From Tenericutes bacterium ADurb.BinA124 (GTDB taxonomy: Bacteria > Bacillota_I > Bacilli_A > ML615J-28 > CAG-698), in assembly GCA_002068415.1 (NCBI GenBank), contig MVZM01000009.1:3088-67087 (forward strand): DNA of 64,000 bases, written 5' to 3'. Below, piece after piece: positions 9,894 through 19,495 of the stretch (positions are counted from its first letter, which is position 1; the number at the start of each line of letters is the position of its first letter). The notes beneath the pieces were generated by a model. It was given only the letters and a program-made list of their open reading frames with translations, ran no database searches and was not told where the DNA came from. The position numbers were made by a program, and so were the translations under genes.

Positions 9894-10010
9894 GTGATAA
9901 AAATTATTGTTGTTGATAGTGGAGTAAATATCAAACATAATGCTTTTAAGGATTATGATGTTAAAGGATATTCTTTATCTTTTAATAAAGAAGAAAACTT
10001 GGTAAGTTAA
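9894..10010 (+). pseudogene. subtilisin-like S8 serine peptidase, N-terminal 38-aa remnant
   Basis: GTG-VIKIIVVDSGVNIKHNAF matches the S8 catalytic-Asp block (VAVIDSGI..HPDL); ORF stops after 38 aa. Confidence 0.5.
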
Positions 10011-10039
10011 TATTTGCTATAGAAAGTTGGGATACTTAT

Positions 10040-10816
10040 ATGAAACTTAATGAGGTATATGAATTTAGTTATAATTACCTAGTAGAGATTTCTAAAGATT
10101 ATGTAACAAAGGAACAAATCAATGATTTTATATCCAATCCAGATACTAGAAATTGCTCGACATTTGAAGATGCTTTTGAGTTAGGAATGGCTATATTACA
10201 AAACTTCCGTAGTTTACGAAATGTAATAAAATTTGCGGAAAGAAAAGAAGATATTAAAAAAGAGATTCGCTTTCCTAATCTTGATGATATTTCCAAGTTA
10301 GACCCAGTTGAGTTAAGCAATGTTTTTATTAAAAAATACAATGCTAATGGAAAGTGTGATTGGGTCAATTATTGTAAAGGTATAGTTAGTATGGCTAAGT
10401 TTCTAAATGGCTTTAAGTCCTATGATGAGTTTAAAGCACTCTGCAATTTATTTGATACTAATGTAAAATCAAGGGCAGCCTTTGCCTTATATTTAAAGGA
10501 GAGGATACATAATATGGGATTTGCCATGGCATGTAATTGGCTCAAGGAATTAGGATATTCATCATATGCTAAACCAGATACTCATATGTTAGATATTTGC
10601 ATTGCTCTAGGAGTAATTGAAGAGAAAAAACAATTATTAGATTGTTTTGAAGAAATGGATAGAATTGCAACCCTTGGAGGAGTTACTCCATATAAGTTGG
10701 ATAAGGTTTGGTGGCTAATATGTTCAGGTAACTATTATAGGTACAAAATTCAATTACCAAAAACATATAAAGAAGATTTTATCACTAAACTTAAAAATAA
10801 AATTGAAAAATATTAG
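10040..10816 (+). CDS. hypothetical protein (possible helix-hairpin-helix-type fold)
   Basis: 258-aa ORF with a good RBS context; LKELGYSSYAKPDTHMLDI segment resembles HhH-GPD-like motifs but the assignment is weak. Confidence 0.45.
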   Translation: MKLNEVYEFSYNYLVEISKDYVTKEQINDFISNPDTRNCSTFEDAFELGMAILQNFRSLRNVIKFAERKEDIKKEIRFPNLDDISKLDPVELSNVFIKKYNANGKCDWVNYCKGIVSMAKFLNGFKSYDEFKALCNLFDTNVKSRAAFALYLKERIHNMGFAMACNWLKELGYSSYAKPDTHMLDICIALGVIEEKKQLLDCFEEMDRIATLGGVTPYKLDKVWWLICSGNYYRYKIQLPKTYKEDFITKLKNKIEKY

Positions 10817-10847
10817 AGCAGAGGAGAGGTGTTTAAGGAGAAACAAG

Positions 10848-10880
10848 ATGAAATATTTAAAATTGAATATTGTAAAATGA
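10848..10880 (+). other. 10-aa ORF (MKYLKLNIVK) with a strong RBS; possible leader peptide
   Basis: AAGGAG 8 nt upstream of the ATG; lies between the hypothetical gene and the ATPase-Fic module. Confidence 0.15.
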
Positions 10881-11190
10881 AAATAGAAAATATTTATGCA
10901 TAATTAACGAGTAATAAATCATGTAAAGGGCACACATTTGTATTAAGAATGGCGTGCTCTTTTATGTTATGACTAAGTTTTTGATATAAATACAAGTCCA
11001 TTACTTATTTGTAAAAATAGGACAAGCTCTTGCTTCACACATTAATTTTATATATTAGATGTAAATTCAAATAATATTCCCTTGCCTTCATAAAGAGATT
11101 AAAAATAAATTGTAACAAGTGTTTCCGCATTATCGGAGCACAAAGATTTTAGTTGGTTATAATATTATGAGAGTTGTCAAACCGGATATC

Positions 11191-11272
11191 ACGCTACAAT
11201 CTTACAAAAAAACACAAATTGTAGCGTAAGACACTACAAAAAGTTGACTTTTTAAAATTTGTAGCGTATATT
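11191..11272 (+). promoter_or_regulatory. sigma-A promoter (TTGACT-17-TATATT) with three TTGTAGCGT operator half-sites
   Basis: Inverted repeat ACGCTACAAT(11191)...ATTGTAGCGT(11217); third copy TTTGTAGCGTA overlaps the -10 at 11267-11272. Confidence 0.6.
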
Positions 11273-11299
11273 ATAGTTGATGGAATTAGAGGTGTTTTT

Positions 11300-12481
11300 A
11301 TGATTGTGAGAGAAAAATACTTAAAACCCATAAGAGGTTTTTACAATAGCGATTTAATTAAAGTTATTACGGGTGTAAGAAGGTGTGGAAAGTCAGTCAT
11401 TTTAGAATCAATAATTGATGAAATAAAGGCGAAAACTGACAACATCATTTATTTAAACTTTGAAAAAACCAGTGATTTTTTGAAAGCAAGCAATGTTAAT
11501 CAGTTGGTTCAATATGTTAAAGACAATAGAAAAGAAGGGGTATGCTATTGTTTTTTTGATGAAATTCAAGAGCTTGCGAATTGGCAATTAGCAGTTAAGG
11601 ATTTGCGTTTAGACAATTGTTCAGTTTTTATTACAGGTTCAAACTCAAAACTTTTGTCACAAGAATTTCTGACATTATTAAGTGGTCGATTTGTTTCTTT
11701 CAGGATAAGACCATTCGTATACAAAGAGATAAAAGAGTACGAAAAGAAGCACGACATTAATGTTAGTCTTTCCGATTATTTAATATGGGGCGGCTTTCCT
11801 GGTAGACTTGCCAATACTACATTAGAAGGAACAAAGGCCTATTTGTTTGATTTAGAAAGAACAATTGTTATCAATGATTTAATTAAGAGCTATAAAATCA
11901 AAAATGAAGTAGCTTTTAAAAAAGTTGTCAATTTTGTTTTGCGCAGTAACTCAAGAATATTCTCAATAAGATCCATCCACAAAGCCATGAAAAGTGATTT
12001 TCCTAATTTAGCAGTAACGACAGTTGCAAGATATATGGAATGCTTAAAAGAAGCATATATAATTGATGAGATAGCTCAATATTCAACAAAAACAAAAAGC
12101 GAGTTAAAATATTTTGGGAAAATTTATAATTGTGATGTTTGTTTAAATTCTTTAAAAGTTAGTAATAATATCTATGACTTAGATCATAATCTTGAAAACA
12201 TTGTGTACAATGAACTGCTTTACATGGGATACGAACTAAAGGTCTTGATTAATAAAGACAAAGAAATTGATTTTTTAGCAACAAAAGACAATAAGACCTT
12301 TTTAATTCAAGTGGCATATAGCGTTGCTAATGAAAAGGCATATGAAAGAGAGATAAGTGTTTTTGATAATTTAGATAACCGCAATGAGAAAATATTGATA
12401 ACTAATGATATTATAGATTATTCAACATCGCTTGTTAGGCATATCAAGTTAGAAGATTTTTTAATGATGGAAGAACTTTAA
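11300..12481 (+). CDS. AAA+ ATPase, COG1373 family (AAA_14 + DUF4143)
   Basis: Walker A GVRRCGKS; Walker B-like CFFDEIQ; C-terminal region typical of DUF4143. Confidence 0.7.
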   Translation: MIVREKYLKPIRGFYNSDLIKVITGVRRCGKSVILESIIDEIKAKTDNIIYLNFEKTSDFLKASNVNQLVQYVKDNRKEGVCYCFFDEIQELANWQLAVKDLRLDNCSVFITGSNSKLLSQEFLTLLSGRFVSFRIRPFVYKEIKEYEKKHDINVSLSDYLIWGGFPGRLANTTLEGTKAYLFDLERTIVINDLIKSYKIKNEVAFKKVVNFVLRSNSRIFSIRSIHKAMKSDFPNLAVTTVARYMECLKEAYIIDEIAQYSTKTKSELKYFGKIYNCDVCLNSLKVSNNIYDLDHNLENIVYNELLYMGYELKVLINKDKEIDFLATKDNKTFLIQVAYSVANEKAYEREISVFDNLDNRNEKILITNDIIDYSTSLVRHIKLEDFLMMEEL

Positions 12482-12614
12482 TGTTAACATCCAATTTACT
12501 AAATATCCATTTTATAAATGAATATTGTAAAATAAAAAAAGATGCAAAGACTTGACTCTTGGGGTGCAAATTGATATAATAACGACATAAAAACACCCCA
12601 GGAGAGAGTTGGCT

Positions 12615-13553
12615 ATGAACAATCAATATATGCAAATACAAGAGTTATTAGAACAAAGAGCGGAAATAACTGCAAGATTAAATTTGATTCCTTATGATGG
12701 ATCTATTGAAATAAAAGATAGAGATGGTCAAAAATATATTTATATTAGAAAACGTGTTCTTGGGCGTAATACATCCACTTACGTTGGTCCATATTCAGAT
12801 GACTTGTTTGCTTCAATAGCTAAACTATTAAAAGAAGCCAAAGGATATAAAAAACAGATTAGAAAAATAAATAATGAGCTAGCCAAATTAGGATATAATA
12901 GACAGGAGTTATTACCCAGAGTGCTATTGAATATCGATTTTGCTAGAGCTAATATGAAATCAAATATCTATGACCAAGCGATACTGGAAGGTATTGCTAC
13001 TACATTTCCGGATACTGAAACCATTATAGAAAACGGGAAAGTTAAGGGAATGACCGCAACCGATGTGCAAAAGATATTAAATTTAAAACGCGCTTGGGAA
13101 TTTATAATGGATAAAGATGTTGTAGCATCTAAATCGACTTATTCAATTTTATGTTATATAGCAGGACTTGTAAATGAAGGGTTTTATACTTATGGTGGTA
13201 GAATAAGACGTATTCCAGTGACAATTGGGGGAACAACCTATGTACCACCTCTACCAATTGAACTTGTTGTAAAAGAAAAAATAGAAGAAATATTAAATAA
13301 AAATGCAGAACCAGTTGATATTGCTATTGAACTTTGTTTGTATTGTATGAAAACGCAAATCTTCAATGATGGAAACAAAAGAGCATCAGTAATATTTGCT
13401 AACCATTTCTTAATTTCAAATGGCGCAGGGTTATTAGTTATTCCTGAAAACAAGGTGCCAGAATTTAAGAAATTAATTGTTGCATATTATGAAGATAAAG
13501 ATAATGGTGCGATATTAGAATTCATGAAGAAATATTGTTGGAAGAAATTTTAG
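12615..13553 (+). CDS. Fic-family protein with non-canonical active-site motif (QIFNDGNKRASV)
   Basis: Fic-fold motif F-x-D-G-N-K-R present but the catalytic His is replaced by Gln; RBS GGAGAGAG 8 nt upstream of the ATG at 12615. Confidence 0.65.
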   Translation: MNNQYMQIQELLEQRAEITARLNLIPYDGSIEIKDRDGQKYIYIRKRVLGRNTSTYVGPYSDDLFASIAKLLKEAKGYKKQIRKINNELAKLGYNRQELLPRVLLNIDFARANMKSNIYDQAILEGIATTFPDTETIIENGKVKGMTATDVQKILNLKRAWEFIMDKDVVASKSTYSILCYIAGLVNEGFYTYGGRIRRIPVTIGGTTYVPPLPIELVVKEKIEEILNKNAEPVDIAIELCLYCMKTQIFNDGNKRASVIFANHFLISNGAGLLVIPENKVPEFKKLIVAYYEDKDNGAILEFMKKYCWKKF

Positions 13554-13997
13554 TGCGAGGTAAAAATCACAATCTTATTAAAAATCACCATACAATAAAA
13601 AGTGACATATTTGTTTTATTATCAAAGTTTTTTCCATAAAAAAGACCAAAATAAGTAAAAAAACCTAAATCAATTCAATCTTTTATAATTTAGAAACAAA
13701 TTTCATAAGTTATGGAATAGATGGACAATCCAATAAAGAAGTATTATAATTTTAAATAGATACTTATGTTTTTTAGTGGGAAGTGCTATTGATTACCAAC
13801 GATTGGTAAAGGAATTAAGATGTTTATAGTAAACTGAAATTGACCAGATTTTAAGGAAAACAGCGATTTGAAATTGACCACAAGATATTTTACAGAATCT
13901 GCTTTTAATACAACTTAAAAATCTCATCTGGATTGTATATTAACAAGGCTAAAGGTATATTTTTTACTAAAATGTTTAAACGAACTAACAAAACGAT

Positions 13998-14189
13998 ATG
14001 ATGTTAGTTAGAAAAGAACAATACTATGATAAAGAAAGATGTATTTGTGAACTCTTTAGTAGGCAAAATTTTTATGACCACGAAAATGATAAAAATTATC
14101 TAAAGCTTAAAAAGCTATATGAGTATGCGAAGATACTTAATATATATACTGAGCTTAGGAATGTGTTTGAGGCCATAGGATGGAACTAA
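13998..14189 (+). CDS. hypothetical small protein
   Basis: 63-aa ORF in a 1-kb AT-rich spacer; terminator hairpin about 80 bp downstream; weak support. Confidence 0.25.
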   Translation: MMLVRKEQYYDKERCICELFSRQNFYDHENDKNYLKLKKLYEYAKILNIYTELRNVFEAIGWN

Positions 14190-14269
14190 GAGTAATAAAA
14201 GCTAAGATTGACAAATATGCAAAAACGCATTTTCGTTAAAATTAGTCTGTTATTTCATATTGGAAACCC

Positions 14270-14299
14270 AAGTCTAATACTGATGTGTTAGACTTTTTT
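14270..14299 (+). terminator. rho-independent terminator
   Basis: AAGTCTAA-loop-TTAGACTT followed by TTTTTTC. Confidence 0.55.
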
Positions 14300-14552
14300 C
14301 ATACCTAAAGGTAAGTGTTTAGTTTTTATTTTCAAAAGCAAATTAATTATGACCTCCTTGGTTATCCAAATTAGTTAATAAAAGTGAAGAACTATAAAAA
14401 GGACAATAGGATACATACAAACAAGGCATCTAAAAACAGCAAACACATCAAAAAAAACAAGACAAAAACATCAAAAATAATATAACAAAAACATCAAATA
14501 TAGTTTGCTTTTTTCATTAATTATGATACAATGAACTAAAGCAGGTGAATTT

Positions 14553-15806
14553 ATGTATAGGCATAGATTATTAGAAAAGACATTAAAAGACTATCTCGAC
14601 ACATTTAAAGCCGTAGCCCTGTTGGGACCGAAATTTTGTGGAAAGACGACATTAGCTGAGCAATTTGCAAAATCAAGTATTTACTTGGATCCACTGAATA
14701 AAAATGATTATAAGACAATGTTGCAGTTAAATAAAGATGAATTCTTATCTTCACCATATCCCAGATTAATTGATGAATGGCAACTTATTCCTGAAATTTG
14801 GGATGTTATCAGACATGAAGTTGATCATAAAAACGGAAGAGGCTTTTTCATATTGACCGGTTCTTCGGCAGCAAATTTAGATGCAACAACCCATTCTGGG
14901 GCTGGAAGAATTAGTCGTTTAACCCTACGCCCCATGAGTTTATATGAAACAGGAGTTTCCTCAGGCGAAGTATCTTTACATCAATTGTTTTCTAAACCGG
15001 TGATAATACATCAAAAATGTGGTGTATCGGTAGCGGATTATGCCAAGTGGATTGTTAAAGGTGGTTGGCCGGAGGGCATTAATGACACTGAACAACAATC
15101 CATTAGGCGGATGCGATCTTATGTTGATGCTTTAGTAAAAGAAGACATCAATAAAGTAACATCAAAAAAATACAATGAAAATAGAACAAGAAAAATCTTA
15201 GAGTCTCTGGCTAGATATACGGCATCAGAAACGACAAATAAAAAAATATTGTTTGACCTTTCCGCCCTTGAAACATTGACTGCTGAAAACACATTGCTTG
15301 ACTACTTAGATGTTTTAAATAAGTTATATATCATTGAAGATTTGAAAGCGTGGAACCCCAATCTTAGAAGCAAAACCGTTATCAGAAGCACACCGGCAAG
15401 ATTTTTTATCGATCCCTCAATTGGAGCAACGGTTCTTAAATTAACAAGTGCCAATCTATTAAAAGATTTTGAAACTTTTGGGTTATTCTTTGAAGCGCTG
15501 GTAATTCGGGATTTAAGAATCTATGCTGAGGTGTTGGGGGGAGAAGTCTACCGCTATAAGGATAAATCAGGATTAGAAATTGATGCGATTATTCAATTAT
15601 ATGATGGGCAATGGGGAGCTATTCAAATTAAAATGGGATCTCATTTGTTTGATGATGCAGCCGAGAAATTAAAAAAGTTTGCTGAAAAAATTGATTCCGA
15701 TAAAATGAGAGAACCCTCTTTCTTAGCAATTATATCAGCTACTGAGTATGCATATCAAAGAGAAGATGGGGTCTATGTTATTCCAATTGGGATGATGAAA
15801 GATTAA
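14553..15806 (+). CDS. AAA+ ATPase, COG1373 family (AAA_14 + DUF4143), second copy
   Basis: Walker A GPKFCGKTT; FILTGSS; DUF4143-type C-terminus; extended -10 promoter TGATACAAT upstream. Confidence 0.7.
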   Translation: MYRHRLLEKTLKDYLDTFKAVALLGPKFCGKTTLAEQFAKSSIYLDPLNKNDYKTMLQLNKDEFLSSPYPRLIDEWQLIPEIWDVIRHEVDHKNGRGFFILTGSSAANLDATTHSGAGRISRLTLRPMSLYETGVSSGEVSLHQLFSKPVIIHQKCGVSVADYAKWIVKGGWPEGINDTEQQSIRRMRSYVDALVKEDINKVTSKKYNENRTRKILESLARYTASETTNKKILFDLSALETLTAENTLLDYLDVLNKLYIIEDLKAWNPNLRSKTVIRSTPARFFIDPSIGATVLKLTSANLLKDFETFGLFFEALVIRDLRIYAEVLGGEVYRYKDKSGLEIDAIIQLYDGQWGAIQIKMGSHLFDDAAEKLKKFAEKIDSDKMREPSFLAIISATEYAYQREDGVYVIPIGMMKD

Positions 15807-15959
15807 CAGGATGATTACCAAAAAATACAACAGGATTTTTAATTATACGATGTTGTGTGACGAAGGCAAGAAGATTATGGGTTTTAATATCCCTGATAAA
15901 ACATTGAACAAAAAAGTTTATTATCATTGCAATTGTTCAACTTATATTAAATATTTTTA

Positions 15960-16085
15960 TTAATCATTCTTTAATAACAAAAGGAGCTGGATTATTAATA
16001 ATTCCTGCCAACAAAGGGCCGGAATTAACGAAACAATATTGTTGGAAGAAATTTTAGTGTAGGGTAAAAATTGTAATCTTATTTA
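15960..16085 (+). pseudogene. 3' remnant of a second Fic gene, duplicated from the 13.4-13.58 kb region
   Basis: Translates LITKGAGLLIIPANKGPELTKQYCWKKF*, matching the C-terminus FLISNGAGLLVIPENKVPEF...KKYCWKKF* of the Fic gene at 12615; the 3' UTR is also duplicated. Confidence 0.6.
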
Positions 16086-16172
16086 TAATTTTCACTCTCC
16101 AATATAAAAAGTTTTTGCATAAAACGGGTTTGTTTTGGTTTGAAATAAGCAAGATGAAAGGAAGATAAGCAC

Positions 16173-17360
16173 ATGGAAATATTGTTTAAAATTTTAGGAA
16201 TCATCAACCTCGATATAAAAACGATGATTGGGATTTTATTTTGGGGCAATTTAGCCTTGGCTTTTTTAATATTAAGATACTACTTATATCATGAAGCAGG
16301 GAATGAAAAAACTTTGATTAAATGGTTTGGGATTGCTAAAATATTGCAGGCCATAGCCTGGTTCTTGTTATTCATGCGTGGTGATATCAGTGACATCTTT
16401 TCCGTTTATTTTGGTAATATTCTCCTTTTTGTTGGTTTTTACCTAGATTCACTTGTAATTTTAAAAATTAATACAAAAACCAAAAGGCTCTGGTTTCAAT
16501 TACAAATCGTTTGGTTGGCATTATCGGTTATTGCCTTTGTGTTTTTTGAAATTTGGCTTGGCACAGGCAATATTCGCATTGCCATCGCCTCTTTAAGTGT
16601 TTTTTGTATTTTTGTAACTCCTAATTTATTAAACATCACCAATAAACTAAGTAGCAGATTCCAAAAATTTATTGGGTTTACTAGTTTGCTTTTTCTTTTG
16701 TTACTGCTAATGAGAGCACTAAGCTCCCTCTTTAACGAAGATGTAAGTTTATTTACCAATAATGTTCTTCAAAGTGGAACCTTCATTTTATTGTTTTTAC
16801 TGATGTTTGTAAATGGCATGGGCTTTTTGCTAATCATGTATGAGCGTTCATATGAATTGGTGAAGATGAGCAGTAACCTTGATCCTTTAACTAAAATTTA
16901 TAATCGAAGATATTTTATGAATAAGGCGGAGGCATATTATCATCGAGCTTTGGGAGAACAAAAGTCGCTCTCTTTTCTCTTTATCGATATCGATTTTTTC
17001 AAAAAGGTCAATGATACTTATGGTCATTTGTTTGGCGATGAAGTGTTGAAAATGGTGGCCAAGGCAATATCGGAAAACATTAGACCCCTAGATTTATGCT
17101 GTCGCTTTGGCGGGGAGGAGTTTTTAATTCTTGCTCACGAAACCAATAATGACCAAGCCGTCATAATCAGCAATAGAATCCGTGAAGTCATCCAAAAAAT
17201 GGTGTTTTTAGAAAATCCTGAATTTAAATGCACGGTCAGTGTGGGTGTTTATTCCGGCCTTCCTGATAGCACGCAAAATATTCAACATTTCATTGATAAT
17301 GCGGATCAGGCCTTATATAAAGCAAAAGAATCAGGCCGCAATCGGGTGGTTAGTTTTTAG
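16173..17360 (+). CDS. membrane-anchored diguanylate cyclase (GGDEF domain, active-site GGEEF)
   Basis: About 6 predicted TM segments followed by a GGDEF domain with RFGGEEF. Confidence 0.8.
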   Translation: MEILFKILGIINLDIKTMIGILFWGNLALAFLILRYYLYHEAGNEKTLIKWFGIAKILQAIAWFLLFMRGDISDIFSVYFGNILLFVGFYLDSLVILKINTKTKRLWFQLQIVWLALSVIAFVFFEIWLGTGNIRIAIASLSVFCIFVTPNLLNITNKLSSRFQKFIGFTSLLFLLLLLMRALSSLFNEDVSLFTNNVLQSGTFILLFLLMFVNGMGFLLIMYERSYELVKMSSNLDPLTKIYNRRYFMNKAEAYYHRALGEQKSLSFLFIDIDFFKKVNDTYGHLFGDEVLKMVAKAISENIRPLDLCCRFGGEEFLILAHETNNDQAVIISNRIREVIQKMVFLENPEFKCTVSVGVYSGLPDSTQNIQHFIDNADQALYKAKESGRNRVVSF

Positions 17361-17439
17361 GCTTTGAGAACCAAGGGTAGATATAAAGACATATTTAGAA
17401 GATAAGATGACATCAACCAATGCCATTTTCTATAAAATC

Positions 17440-17492
17440 AAAGAGTTTCCTTTCTACGTGTTTGTTTAGCAAAACAAAAGGAAACTCTTTTT
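17440..17492. terminator. bidirectional terminator
   Basis: 14-bp stem AAAGAGTTTCCTTT/AAAGGAAACTCTTT between convergent genes. Confidence 0.6.
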
Positions 17493-17582
17493 ATATTGGT
17501 CTCATATTTGTATAAAGGTATGTTTTTAAAAAATGTTGTTATTGGCACTAATGATGGCTAGCTTCATCCTTAATAACATTAT

Positions 17583-18302
17583 TTATTCAAGACTAATTTT
17601 TGATAATTGATATCCGCTGATAACAATGGATATTAACATTATTACGGCAAGCGGAATGATTATTTTTGCATCAAAAACATCACTGTTCATTAGTTTAAAT
17701 CCCCATGTTGCCGGAAATATTTTACCTAAGTTTTCCAAAAATTTGGGGAGTAAACTGACCGGGAACATGATTCCGGCGAGCATAATGGATGGTAGAAAAA
17801 TAAATTGTGACACCATTGTTAGCTTTGATGGACTTTTAATTAAAAGACCTAAGGCTGTTCCTACTAATAAATTAACAATAATAAAAATTCCGAGTGCTAG
17901 AAAGTAAAGGGCTAAATTATTAGGAGTTTTAGCACCAAAGGCGAGTGGGGCGATGAAATATATAAGCAAACTCATTATGAAAAGATGGACAAAAGCCGCA
18001 ATGAAGTTATTTATGACGGCTATCCATAAAGGTATACCACCAACCTTGTAAGCTTTTTTTATTTCGCTACCATATAACTCAACTAGTGAAACTGGTGCTC
18101 CTAAAATTGCGCCCATGCTTATCCCAAATACAGTCATCGATTGAATTAAGTTATCCTTTGCTTGAGGATTAATTGATGATAAAATTCCCCCCATGAATGC
18201 AAAGAAGACAAGGGGAACGATATAATAGCTTAGGAGGATGCCTTTATTTCGAAGGTCCAATTTCCATTGCAAGGCTACTCCATATAAAAAGGCGTTCATC
18301 AT
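17583..18302 (-). CDS. ABC-2 family transporter permease
   Basis: 6-TM hydrophobic protein immediately downstream of, and overlapping by 4 nt with, an ABC ATPase gene. Confidence 0.65.
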   Translation of the reverse strand: MMNAFLYGVALQWKLDLRNKGILLSYYIVPLVFFAFMGGILSSINPQAKDNLIQSMTVFGISMGAILGAPVSLVELYGSEIKKAYKVGGIPLWIAVINNFIAAFVHLFIMSLLIYFIAPLAFGAKTPNNLALYFLALGIFIIVNLLVGTALGLLIKSPSKLTMVSQFIFLPSIMLAGIMFPVSLLPKFLENLGKIFPATWGFKLMNSDVFDAKIIIPLAVIMLISIVISGYQLSKISLE

Positions 18303-19135
18303 TTTTCCTCCTTAGCGATGTCCATAAATAATTGTTCAAGTGTTGCTCTTTCAATTTTTACATCCAAAACGGTATTTTTTGTTTGCTTGCAGGTTTTTAG
18401 TAATTCATATAAAGTATTGCTGATGTTTTCAGCGGTAAAAACCCAATATCCTTGTTCAAAAACAGCATTTTGAAGAGGATTTTTGGTTTTGATGAAAATT
18501 CTATATTTGGTTCCGACATTATTTGTTAGTTCAGCAGTTGTCCCAATAAAAGCAATTTTACCATCTTTAAGAATAGCAACCCTGTCGGAAAGACTCTCCA
18601 CCTCCGCCATATCATGGCTGGCCATAATAATGGTTTTTCCTTGTTCTTTCAATTTCCGTATTTGTGAATGGAGGGAAATCCTTCCCTCTACATCTAGTCC
18701 GGCCGTTGGTTCATCAAGGAATATAATATCCGGATTACCGATTAATGCCAGCGCTAAATGTAACCGTCTTTTTTGGCCGGTGGACATATCTTTGTATTGT
18801 TTGTTTTTTAAAGGCTCAAGGTCGAAAACATTAAAAAGTTCATTTTCTTGGGCTTTATTCCACTTGCAAAACAATTTATATGCCTCAATTGCCTTAATAT
18901 TAGCCGGTAATGATGATGATTGCAGCTGCACACCGATTTTCCCGTTTATTTTAATATGGCCATTATCATATTTACGAAGACCTTCAATACATTCAAGAAT
19001 GGTTGTTTTCCCGGCTCCGTTTGTGCCGAGTAAGGCAAAAATTTCCCCATGCTTGACAGTGAAAGAAATATCCTTAACGACTGTATTTGTTCCATAACTT
19101 TTAATTAAATGGTCAATTTGAATAGCTACATTCAT
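18299..19135 (-). CDS. ABC transporter ATP-binding protein (ABC-2 type)
   Basis: Walker A GTNGAGKTT, signature MSTGQKRRL, Walker B IIFLDEPTAGLD; RBS GGAGGT. Confidence 0.85.
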   Translation of the reverse strand: MNVAIQIDHLIKSYGTNTVVKDISFTVKHGEIFALLGTNGAGKTTILECIEGLRKYDNGHIKINGKIGVQLQSSSLPANIKAIEAYKLFCKWNKAQENELFNVFDLEPLKNKQYKDMSTGQKRRLHLALALIGNPDIIFLDEPTAGLDVEGRISLHSQIRKLKEQGKTIIMASHDMAEVESLSDRVAILKDGKIAFIGTTAELTNNVGTKYRIFIKTKNPLQNAVFEQGYWVFTAENISNTLYELLKTCKQTKNTVLDVKIERATLEQLFMDIAKEEK

Positions 19136-19420
19136 TAATTGTTACCTCCAGATTAAAGATTAATATCTTTTTGATGATGAAATATCAAATAATTTTTGGT
19201 TTCTATAGACATCAAGATTAATTAACAAGATGCTATTATTGTAACATATTACTTGGGTGTATTATAAAAAAAGGTCTTTTTTTTATTAAATCTTTACATT
19301 GTTTATCGATGATATCTTATAGCAAAAGAGGCTGTCATAATCATCACTAGAATTTTTGACAGCTACCTTAATCATTAGAATCCTTGACTTACCAAATAAA
19401 AAAGAATACAAACGATAAAG

Positions 19421-19477
19421 AATAAGGAACAAATAAGGAACTGAATTATTGACCTTTGTTCCTTATTTTGCTATAAT
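19421..19477 (+). promoter_or_regulatory. consensus sigma-A promoter TTGACC-17-TATAAT flanked by AATAAGGAAC direct and inverted repeats
   Basis: -35 at 19449-19454, -10 at 19472-19477; AATAAGGAAC twice upstream and GTTCCTTATT in the spacer. Confidence 0.65.
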
Positions 19478-19495
19478 ATTATCGGAGATGAAAAT

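Noticed and set aside
18483-19097. 204-aa ORF on the + strand
   Set aside because: Lies entirely antisense within the well-supported ABC ATPase gene (18299-19135, - strand). No RBS and a low-complexity, Ser/Pro/Cys-rich translation typical of a shadow ORF.
19300-19345. Inverted repeat GGCTGTCA...TGACAGCT between the divergent ABC-2 and Fic promoters
   Set aside because: Imperfect 7/8 match and no T-run. It could be a minor operator, but the evidence is too thin to call.
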